In this document: in pieces, positions 39,732 to 48,971 of the stretch
Layout of the letters: the number at the start of each line of letters is the position of its first letter
Position numbering within the stretch: position 1 is the first letter of the stretch
Source: Tubulanus polymorphus
Lineage: Eukaryota > Animalia > Nemertea
Assembly: GCF_964204645.1 (NCBI RefSeq)
Contig: NC_134027.1
Coordinates: 17,446,560-17,510,559, forward strand
DNA: 64,000 nt
Direction: 5' to 3'
Notes under the pieces: generated by a model
Told to the model about the DNA's origin: nothing
Database searches by the model: none
The model's input: the letters and a program-made list of their open reading frames with translations, nothing else
Program-made: the position numbers and the translations under genes

Positions 39732-40085
39732 ATGGAGAGTAAACAAGCACACAGTGAGAACAACAAATTATTTCTAGATAGAATAAAAAATACTTCAAAT
39801 GTCAAATCACTAGATTATAAATTTAAGAAGTTAAAAGAATTAACAATCCATAAGAAATATCTAATTACAAATATTGATACAGTTACTAACAAATATCGAG
39901 ATAAATTAGTTATCCACTTAGAATATAAAGGATCAAAAGGAAATAAATATAAATTCATAACATATTTACCAGATAGATTTCATAGATTATCAAGCGTAGA
40001 TTTAGAAGAATTATGTTCTGGAGATTTCTATTTCATATACAAAGGTAAGAATGAAAAAGGGCACCATGAAATAGATTTCGAATAA
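39732..40085 (+). CDS. Polinton hypothetical protein, 117 aa (possible OB-fold nucleic-acid-binding protein)
   Basis: Intact ORF directly after polB (FKKLKEL....Y.I......T.KY...V.......F..YLP.RF). The function is inferred only. Confidence 0.6.
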   Translation: MESKQAHSENNKLFLDRIKNTSNVKSLDYKFKKLKELTIHKKYLITNIDTVTNKYRDKLVIHLEYKGSKGNKYKFITYLPDRFHRLSSVDLEELCSGDFYFIYKGKNEKGHHEIDFE

Positions 40086-40102
40086 GAAAATATGTGAAAT
40101 AA

Positions 40103-42043
40103 ATGGTGGAATTAAAAGATTATTCAGAATATTTGTTGATTCAAGAAGACTTACAAATTATAAATCACATAATTTACTAGTACAATTAGATAGAGAATTC
40201 AAGAATTGTGTTGATTTAAAATTAGTAAATATTAGTTTATGTAACTCATTTTACAATATATCGAATAAAACTATTGAACATAGAGCCTTTTTAATTTTTG
40301 ATAAAGGTAAAAATGAATGGTCTTATATATATTTAAAACCAGGGTTATATAATTTAGATACATTAGCACAAGAAATTAATAGAAGCCTGGCATAAGTTAG
40401 GTAGTAATTCCGGGTTTAGTATTAGATTTTTAAAAAGTGATAGTTCTGATAGAATAAAGATAAGGTTGTCTAATAGTGAAAAACATAAATTTATGGTAAA
40501 AAAACCTATAGCTAAACTGTTGGAATTCTTCCAGATAGATCTTTTAAGAATATTGATGCTGCTACACCAAACTAAATACCTAACACACATTTTTTGACGC
40601 CTTATAAAACGTTACCATTATGAAACCTAAACGATGTTAACCATTCAGCGTCATTTTACAAACGACAGCCGTAAATCGATGTGCAAAACGTCACAGGTCT
40701 ATGTGTACACAAACAAGCTATCTGGCAAAATATTATTGACATAGATGTAGAATGGCTTCCTGGGATTATATAATGACCTATATTTAAACGTCGAAATGTT
40801 ATATTGCATTGAATATCATTAGAAGACGTATTGTAATAGTAAAGGATGTATGATTATATCAGAAGCGGCAGGCATAAATAGAAATGATAAGTAAATCGGA
40901 TTATTCGGTTAAATGGCGGATGTATACACGATTTGGAAGTCTGATATAAAAGTCAGACCCTGACGTGGGCATGCCGGTGGAATGACGAAGCTATCTACGA
41001 TGTGTGTAGGGCCGGCGTGAATTTCATCAGCGGCTACAAGCGGTCAATATGAAAATGTGTAAACATATAATTTCAATATTCAAACGTTTTAGAAAATGTG
41101 TTTGATATTAGGGGTATGCAGGTTTCGTGAGATTAGCAATTTATAATAGCATAGCTATCATATACGGCTCCGCATCCTCTGATGGCATGTGTATTAGGTG
41201 ACAATTCAATTCAATTCTTTATTGATCCTTATTACATTGAAATTTCGGGATAAAATTCCCAAATTCAATAAATACAAATTTTAAAATAAATTAATACAAC
41301 ATACATGACACACGGGTAATTCATACAGAACAACATAAGCATGTTATTTTAAATGACAATGTCTACTTCAACCCACCCAGACTCAAGACTCTAGGATATC
41401 GAGTGACAGCCAAACCCGTGGCCCGGGCCGGCTGACTAGGCCACACGATATGCTCGAAGTCATGATGAAGCAGACATCAGAAGAGCTCGTTCTTCAACCA
41501 TGGAGGCAATGAAGTTGCAGACCAGCTTAGAGGCATAAGTAAATGAAGTCGGTCGCAAGTTCGCGATCAATTATTGAGAATTTTCAATAAAAAAATTTAA
41601 ACCACTACTAGAGTCGAAGACCCGCTGTATCATCTACCCAATCGCCAAATCTCATCATTCCCCAAATTTCTTAAAACTTCGATTTCAAATTTGCAATTCC
41701 ACATTAGCTTAGCCCAGAAATTATACATTTTTTTCGCAGGCGTCAAATAATTTTCTAAAATTAATTTTCTTGTTATATTTATTGCAATTTAATTGATCCT
41801 TCAAAAACATTCGAAGCAACTGAAGATATAACTTGTAATTCTGGTTTATTGAATATTTTACCATTGAAGAATGTTAAAGAATTTGGAACGCAAATAAATT
41901 ATAATTTAACCGAGTTTGATTTCAAACCATGCATTCCTCAATTTAATAATTTTAGATTAGAAATAAGAAATCATAATGGATATTTAATAGATTTGAATAA
42001 CTTTCCTGTGATATATGAATTAGTTATAAGATGTAAAGAGTAA
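40103..42043 (+). pseudogene. Minor capsid (penton)-like gene, frameshifted and split by an insertion
   Basis: N-terminal IFVDSRR...VQLDREFKNCVDLKLVNISLCNSFYNI, then PGLYN. C-terminal CNLID...LLNILP...FRLEIRNHNGYLIDLNNFPVIYELVI, typical of Polinton/virophage pentons. Confidence 0.7.
40593..41746. mobile_element. Non-autonomous insertion within the penton-like gene
   Basis: GC shift. Short inverted ends TTTGACGCCT / AGGCGTCAAA within a T-run. Contains a (caatt)n LINE-tail-like segment at ~41202. Confidence 0.65.
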
Positions 42044-42060
42044 TTTTTTTCACTCTATTA

Positions 42061-42402
42061 ATGAATATAACTGTTGGACCGAGTATATATTTTGGGTTTG
42101 ATTTTAAACATGGTAAAGAAATGAGAATTAAACTTAATGATGTAATTACAGATATTAAACGTAAATCATTTAACAATGCATCAATGATTAATAAAGAAAA
42201 TTATAATATAGAAAAAGTAATTGATTTAATTAAAACACCTTTAGAATATTATGAATTAAATGAAGATGGAATTATTGATGATATTAAAAACATATTATCT
42301 AAAATATATGATAATCATAAAAGTAGTAATGAAATAAATGTTGAATTAATCATAAATAAGAAAACTGAATATTTTGATGATAGTAATTTTTTTGATAAAT
42401 AA
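42061..42402 (+). CDS. Polinton hypothetical protein, 113 aa
   Basis: Intact ORF in the tightly packed viral gene array. Confidence 0.6.
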   Translation: MNITVGPSIYFGFDFKHGKEMRIKLNDVITDIKRKSFNNASMINKENYNIEKVIDLIKTPLEYYELNEDGIIDDIKNILSKIYDNHKSSNEINVELIINKKTEYFDDSNFFDK

Positions 42403-42624
42403 ATGAGTGATAATAAGTGGATAATAACTGGATTATATAATGGAGCCTTACTTTCAGTTGGAACTGTTGGTTATTCAATGGTATTAAAAAAAGTATTTAA
42501 AATGGGAAGTGTTAATGTTGATAGATTTGATATAAATGATATTTTAAAATTAACATTAGCAGTAACTTTATCTAATTTAACTATTGATTATTTGGAAAAA
42601 CAAAAATATATTCCTCCCATATAA
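42403..42624 (+). CDS. Small hydrophobic Polinton protein, 73 aa
   Basis: TAAATG start, two hydrophobic stretches, ends DYLEKQKYIP. Confidence 0.65.
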   Translation: MSDNKWIITGLYNGALLSVGTVGYSMVLKKVFKMGSVNVDRFDINDILKLTLAVTLSNLTIDYLEKQKYIPPI

Positions 42625-42648
42625 ATGTGTAATTATTTTGTTAAATAA

Positions 42649-43071
42649 ATGGCTTCTGCAATTATAACTATTATAGGATCGGCAATTGTTAACGCTTTAG
42701 CATTTACTGGTGGTGGTTATTTATTCAAGCATATTGATAAAAATGGTTCATTAACAGAACAAAAAAGACATAACTTAGCATTAGAGAAATACAATAAAGC
42801 AGCAGAAGAATATAGAGAAAAGAGGCAAAACTATATGGATTATATTAACAAAGAATTATATGATCAGAAGATTTCACATAGAGATTTTCAATCAGTCGAT
42901 GATGCAATGAGTTTATATAACGCGGTAACCAATAAAGAAAAATTACATCTATACAAACCTAAATTATCAGATTATTATACCCCAAGTAAAGAACAACAGA
43001 AATATGAAATAATTTGGATTTTAGGTGGAACAGTTATTGTTATATTTGTAGCATATAAATTTACTAATTAG
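42649..43071 (+). CDS. Polinton membrane/coiled-coil protein, 140 aa
   Basis: N-terminal hydrophobic GSAIVNALAFTGG, E.KRH.LA.E coiled coil and a C-terminal TM helix. Resembles ORFs I recall from invertebrate Mavericks. Confidence 0.7.
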   Translation: MASAIITIIGSAIVNALAFTGGGYLFKHIDKNGSLTEQKRHNLALEKYNKAAEEYREKRQNYMDYINKELYDQKISHRDFQSVDDAMSLYNAVTNKEKLHLYKPKLSDYYTPSKEQQKYEIIWILGGTVIVIFVAYKFTN

Positions 43072-43090
43072 TAATTTTTTTGCTAAATAA

Positions 43091-43525
43091 ATGGAAGATA
43101 AAGTTGATAGTATTGATATTATTCCTCATGATATAAATAAAAATAAATTAAAAATATATTAAGAAAAACAAATATTAGAATTTGAAAGTGACTTAAAGAT
43201 AAAAAATAAAAAATATTTAAAAAGTAAAATTATATATTATTTGATTATAAGTGGTTCGGTTACAATTAGTTCTGTAATAACATTTCTAGCAATATTCAGT
43301 CCATAAACACCTTTAGCTATATCAATTGGTGTGCTAGGATTAAGTTCAAGTGTTTTAACTGGTATAAGTTCAAAATTAAATATAAAAAGTAATAAAGAAA
43401 AAATTAAAACTAATATAAAAGAAATTAATAAATTGAAGAATACACTAGATTATATAATAAGTTTAAATGGTCATATAACAGTTGAAGAACAAGATAAATT
43501 ATTAAAAGAATTAATAAATTATTAA
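43091..43525 (+). pseudogene. Polinton two-TM protein, disrupted
   Basis: TAAATG start at 43091, internal stop/frameshift, hydrophobic central region, C-terminus in ORF 43331-43525. Confidence 0.5.
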
Positions 43526-43540
43526 TTTTTTATTATATAA

Positions 43541-44437
43541 ATGGGGTTTCCAAAAGCTTTCCAATATAATAAATTAATTAAATATAATATTCCTGCTATA
43601 GATTTTAACAAAAACATTACATATAAAAATTTAGTTATAAATTCATTAACTAATTTAGAAATTTATGTTACTGAAACACAGTTCTTTATTTCTAAAATGG
43701 AAAATATATTTAATACATATGAAGTTACTTTTACTCGAGATGAATATCATACATATAAAGTAAAATCTAATATGAAATATTGGCAGAATCAATTAAATTT
43801 TGCTGTTTATTGTGCAACAACTGGTTGTGGTATAAGTTGGAATGATCATTTAAATAACTTAGATACAAAATTGAATTATTCTTATTTAAAATTAATTCAC
43901 ACAATATTTAGAGTTCACACATATTTTCAAATCAAAATAATATTAAATGAATTAGAATGTCCTTTACCCGGATCTAAATATTTTAAAGAATTGGATAATA
44001 ATATTAATCTATCTAAGTTTTATAAAATATGTAATGAATTTAATATAAATATTAAATCCGATTTTAGAGCGCATGGTAAATTGCAAGGTATTGGTGAACA
44101 GTATGAAATAAAAAGAATTGATTATATGCATAGAATTTCAGCTTATAATAATCATAAAATTGATAATAATAATGGTTGGATTAATTTCATTTTAGAAAAT
44201 AGTGAAGGTTTTACTAAAGCAGGAATACAAAGAATAAATCAATCTATTAGAACTTATTTGATATGTATTTTAGGTGCACAAGTTGAAACAAGATCACCAA
44301 TAGTTGGAAATGATAACACATCATTTGATGCGCAGAAACAATTTAAAATATTATTTGAAGAGATTCATTTTCTGTTTCACCGTTTGGGTGTTGTACGGCA
44401 CCATCTGTTTCGTTCTTACCTGATTTATATTCTATAG
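43541..44437 (+). CDS. Polinton conserved hypothetical protein (probably truncated at ~44365)
   Basis: WQNQLNFAVYCATTGCGIS..DHL, FRVHTYFQ, GFTKAGIQRINQSIRTY.ICILGAQ. The last ~25 codons overlap the convergent ORF, suggesting a deletion junction. Confidence 0.7.
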   Translation: MGFPKAFQYNKLIKYNIPAIDFNKNITYKNLVINSLTNLEIYVTETQFFISKMENIFNTYEVTFTRDEYHTYKVKSNMKYWQNQLNFAVYCATTGCGISWNDHLNNLDTKLNYSYLKLIHTIFRVHTYFQIKIILNELECPLPGSKYFKELDNNINLSKFYKICNEFNINIKSDFRAHGKLQGIGEQYEIKRIDYMHRISAYNNHKIDNNNGWINFILENSEGFTKAGIQRINQSIRTYLICILGAQVETRSPIVGNDNTSFDAQKQFKILFEEIHFLFHRLGVVRHHLFRSYLIYIL

Positions 44438-44936
44438 GCTTGATATTCGAAAATGTTATGACACCAGTAGAAATTAATGTCATAACCGATCCTAATTGGA
44501 ATGAAGCGTATCCGACCCATTTTTGTAATTCAGTCATAACTAAGTAGTCATTTTTTAAATCACTATATAATTTATTTTCATCATCAATTGACATTAACCG
44601 GTTACATAATTTTGAATAATATTTGACAATACCATCTGAAATAGAATCATTTATTCTAGCTAATCTTGACTCTTCATAAATCTTAAAATATTTTATTACT
44701 TTATCTGGTTTCATAGAGTCTAATTCTTGAAAAGTAATGATCTTAGTTAAAAATTGTTTACACTTTCCGCTAGCAATTAGTAATTCAAGATGGTGTTTAC
44801 AATATAAGTAGTATTCATAATCAATATTACAATCAATATTATTTTCAATTTTGGTCGGAATATCCTTATTATCACTAATGCCTAAATCATCTAATGTTTT
44901 TTCAATATTAATATTCTTATTAGATTTCTTTGACAT
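44343..44936 (-). CDS. Polinton hypothetical protein, 197 aa
   Basis: TAAATG start, intact ORF, hydrophobic segment near the C-terminus. Confidence 0.65.
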   Translation of the reverse strand: MSKKSNKNINIEKTLDDLGISDNKDIPTKIENNIDCNIDYEYYLYCKHHLELLIASGKCKQFLTKIITFQELDSMKPDKVIKYFKIYEESRLARINDSISDGIVKYYSKLCNRLMSIDDENKLYSDLKNDYLVMTELQKWVGYASFQLGSVMTLISTGVITFSNIKPIEYKSGKNETDGAVQHPNGETENESLQIIF

Positions 44937-45276
44937 TTATATAAGAGATAAAAGCAAGAAAAAAATATAAGTATTATAAAATGATACTAGATAGTTAAAG
45001 TTAAAGAATTTCTATTCGAATCTTATCAAAATCTATTTAATCTAGTGTTAACAAGAATTGCGAAAGAAAATAGGAAAAATATAAGAGAATTCACTAGCTA
45101 GTTGAAGTTATTGTTTTTTAAATATTTTTTATTTAAATTAGGATTTAATACCTCACTACTTTTGACTATCTATGCGGAGCAATTAAATTGTCCAGATAAG
45201 TCATTTCGGATTCTCGATATTAAATCATATTCCATAATTGTATAAATCTTTCAGCTTTAATTATTTGATTATTATA

Positions 45277-45848
45277 TTATTCATTATCAATTATATCACG
45301 TTTAATTCTATTTTCTTTTTTCGATAAAGGTTGAATATTCACCCAATTACATATTGTTTTTATTTCAGATTCATCTTCAATTGATGATAATGAGATAACA
45401 CGATCTAACTTCCAATATTCTCCATGATTCTCAAATTTCATGTTATTATCGAACTGATATTCTATCCATGATTTAAAAAATTCTATAGAACATCCTAAAT
45501 AATCAATTGATCTATCAGTTTTTATATAATTTTTGAAAACTCTGTTCAAACTTGTTCTGTTAGTATGCTTTAATTTGAATAATGGATCTGAATTATATTT
45601 TACTTTTTGGTAATTATTGTTATGTTCGCGGTTATCTTTTTTCCAATCTCTCATGTATTCTGGGTTATTTTCACGATATTGTGCATTATTTTGTTTCCAA
45701 CATGTTTTACAAATATTTCGTAAATCTTTTGTTTATAATATTCTGAAGATTGTTTATCTAATTCACACTTAGTACATATCTTATGATAAATATTTATAAC
45801 ACCAGCGTCATTTGTAATATTAATAATTTGTGGCTGTTTACTTTCCAT
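45277..45848 (-). pseudogene. HNH/endonuclease VII-like protein with an N-terminal CxxC motif, frameshifted
   Basis: KICTKC..., then YLGCSIEFFKSWIEYQF...M..ENHG..W.LD(R)VI.LS.....E...ICNW.NIQPL...EN..K, a pattern I associate with NCLDV/PLV HNH endonucleases. The expected catalytic His reads Arg. Confidence 0.7.
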
Positions 45849-46004
45849 TTATAATATATAAAATTTCTTATTTTATTTGAAATCTATTTGATAATTTCCG
45901 TCTGTTCATCTTCGACTAACGTCATCCTTTTTCATTCCTCGCTGCTTTTGATAAATCGTTTCGATTCCTTGATAACTAAATCATACCAGTTACAATATCC
46001 GTGC

Positions 46005-46165
46005 CGCATGCGCACTGGGTAAAAGCGCTCTTACAGGAGCGTTTTTGCTTTATGCGCATGCACTAATCATAATTATATATTCATTTTGCAAATAGAAACA
46101 ACCGAACACAGAAAATTCAAACGCATGCGCATTAGGCAAAAACGCTCTTATAGGAGCGTTTTTGC
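46005..46165. promoter_or_regulatory. Two hairpin units flanked by GCATGCGCA motifs
   Basis: aaaagcgctcttacaggagcgttttt (46021-46046) and gcaaaaacgctc-ttatag-gagcgtttttgc (46136-46165). gcatgcgca at ~46006 and ~46123; tgcgcatgc at ~46053. Confidence 0.5.
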
Positions 46166-47003
46166 ATAATACATATTTACATAATACATATACAAGTATG
46201 TTCGGTCGTTTCATCCAATACATTATTTGATTTCTATAAATACAATTTATAATTACAAACATTTTTTCAATTGCCGGTAAATATTTAACTACATCAACAA
46301 ATGTTAAACTTAATCATTGGAATTTTTGGAGTAGTCTAAATGTTTTTGAAATTCTTATATATTATATAATCATATATCCATTGCTGTCGATTCCTCAGTC
46401 AGAAAGAGTATCTTGAGTTTATCGCTTCTTGATGCGTATGAAATTTTATTAATCTAAAAGATATTAGTGGTAACTCTAGCTATCTAAAAGATATACTAAA
46501 TACACTTAAATATATCTAAAGGTTTCATATTTAGTAGCCCCCTTTCCTAATTCATAATAACTACAAAAAACAGTACTTACATTTAGATTTAGAACTGTAT
46601 ACTATAAACTCCTAATTGCGTTTCGATAGATAAATCCTAAATGTTCTGTATACACCATCTATTCAGTTCGGGCGCGCCTTCCAGAATGATCTAATGTGTC
46701 TGCGGTATATTATGACTCATTATGTCGCAATACATACTCAACAGGCGCCGTGTGTCCCTATGGCAACTGTAGCAACAGGTGTTTTTGTAAAAAATAAGAG
46801 TCATGTATTATATACATACAAGTCTCAAATAGAATTGCCGGTTTTCTAACCACTGATTAAAAGCTCAGAATGCGGTTGATTCTGTGAAATACTATTCCAT
46901 AATTCAACAAATGTCTTTGCTTTAACCAGTTGACCTAAATATAACTGTAAATCTAGTTTATTGGATTTAATTATGTTTCCCTTCTTTCCCTTAAATTTCC
47001 ATT

Positions 47004-47399
47004 ATTCTCATTTCTAAGATGACTTTTAGATTTTGTCATTATAATGTTCATGATAATATCTTTTATCACTGAATGATTGATTACACGTATCACATTTATA
47101 TATTTCTTTTTCATTCTTTAATTCATCTAATTTAGTTTCTAATATATCATCTTTATATTTAAACTTTAATTTATTCTCTAAATGTGTTTTAGTTATATTG
47201 TGTCTTGCTTTTTGAGATTTATCTATATTGATATTACATGTTGAACAGTAGTTCTTATTTGCTTCCATTTTAATACTAAATTTTTTATTAAAATTGATTT
47301 TAAAAGTTATTCATTTATATGTTATTCATATATATATGAATATTTTAAGAGTAATAGGGAAATTTCATATCAGAGGTCGAGAGGTTGAGCTCATAAAAA
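47004..47399 (-). repeat. Right TIR of the Polinton-like element, containing C2H2 zinc-finger ORF 47026-47268
   Basis: Reverse complement of the left TIR. MEANKNYCSTC...H.....H and YKCDTC....YY.EH. Only the inner arm of the terminal palindrome remains. Confidence 0.92.
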
Positions 47400-47644
47400 C
47401 ATTTATCCAAATTTTTTTCACCTTTGTTTTTGATTCATTTTCCATGTTACCACCTGTCTTGTATCTGTGTTATATAAATAGCTTTGTGTAAAAATAAAGT
47501 CAGTCCAGTTTTTGGTATTCCAAACTGATAGTCCACTCGTTACTCTTTTGCTCTGTTCCGGATTTCCAACGTTGACCATTCTTTGAGGATAGGACCGAAA
47601 ATAGCTTTGTTAAAGAGACACTAGTTTCACCCTATGATCATCTC

Positions 47645-48202
47645 AGGCCATCCCAAAATAATGGTCTGTTTGCCGTAACCCGACTTCAAAGGTACCGAGT
47701 GAAAACTTTTTCTGGGATTCATTGAAATAAATTTTATTTTTGACAAAATCGGCCGACAGTCCGACCCACTGCCGATATATGAGATACTTATGCTTGAAGT
47801 CAAGTGTGCATCATATGAAAACATGCCTCGACGTGTGACCTGGTTTAAGTTTTCCAGGAAACTGGCAGTGTTCCAATAAGCTGCCATTCATTTTAGTGAC
47901 TATATTGAAGCAGATAAAATGTTATAGCGCCAATATATTCAATGTACTATTATATTTTGAACACTGAGATGACGCTCTGGACGAAGTTAGAATTTTAAAA
48001 TTGTTCTGGAAATCCAGGCAAATAACACAAATTTCCCTACCACAAACCGGATTTGTGATATTATTATCATACAAACAAGGTCATAAATTTGTTTTTTTTT
48101 TGCCCTAAAATTTTGCAAAAGAAAATCTCTACCTTTCTACCAACTCATCCTGAAAACTTGAGTCGGTGATACGGCAAACAGACAATTAACTTGGGACGGC
48201 CT
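47645..48202 (+). mobile_element. PIF/Harbinger-like MITE, copy 2
   Basis: AGGCCATCCCAA...TTGGGACGGCCT. Homologous to 13467-14017. Confidence 0.75.
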
Positions 48203-48723
48203 AAGTATTATTCCATGTAAAATGGCCAGTAATGAAAAGGTTAAAGTCAAGCTACGCTTACGATGGCTACCAACTGTTCACTGTCAACAATTTTATTGTT
48301 TTTATATGAGCAGATTGTTTTCAATGAACCATGAAATTTCTCGCTTTTCTTTGCAAGTTCTAAGAAACTTTTTTGGCATCATTTTGTTGATCATTCTTTG
48401 CCCCGAGGCTGTAGGATGAGCAAGTGCGTTGAAGTAGTTGTAATAAGCCTACATGTATGTTTATGTATTCGATTGTTTGCACTACAAAGCTAACTGGGGC
48501 TGTGTGTTGAGACAGTATGGCCTGATTAATAAAAAGTGCTGAACGAAACTGATGTTTTAGAGTCATTTGTGCAGCGACAGTTGAATGGATGTTTTCTATT
48601 ACATATAAGCAGTACTACGGGATTGGCAAAATAGTGGCAATAAAAGCAAAATGACGACATACGAATGACAAATTAACCACAGAATCGTTGGCAGGAATTA
48701 GAACCTGATAGCATCACTGTATT

Positions 48724-48888
48724 TCAGCCATGGTACGAAACCCTGTCACACTAGCCCAAGTGCACAGTTACTTGCACAGCAGATGATTATACAAGCAATC
48801 TAGTTGGTTCGGCAAGTTTTTGTGCGGCAAACCTGCACATATAGCTGTGCACCTGGTCTAGTGTGGAAGGGTTTTCTGCCGTGGCTGA
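48724..48888. mobile_element. Short foldback MITE
   Basis: tcagccatgg...aaccctgtcacactag...gtgcacag vs ctgtgcac...ctagtgtggaagggtt...ccgtggctga. Confidence 0.55.
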
Positions 48889-48971
48889 GTCTAGACCTCA
48901 AGATGTATCAATGGAATCAAATTAGATTCAATCAGAAACGGCCATTTTCTAAGATGGCCGCTGTTTTTTAA

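Larger units (their letters stand above)
35496..47399. mobile_element. Polinton/Maverick (adintovirus-like) endogenous viral element, degenerate
   Basis: Very AT-rich, intronless, tightly packed ORFs including pPolB and a penton-like gene. Long TIRs (35596-35905 vs 47004-47399). The left end begins AGTAATAGG. Confidence 0.88.

Noticed and set aside
47400-47620. Continuation of BEL gag or LTR, or a TSD at the right end of the Polinton-like element
   Set aside because: No match to the left flank (gtcttc) and no clear gag frame. The TATA/AATAAA signals are LTR-like but lack a TSD. The right junction is probably a deletion breakpoint.
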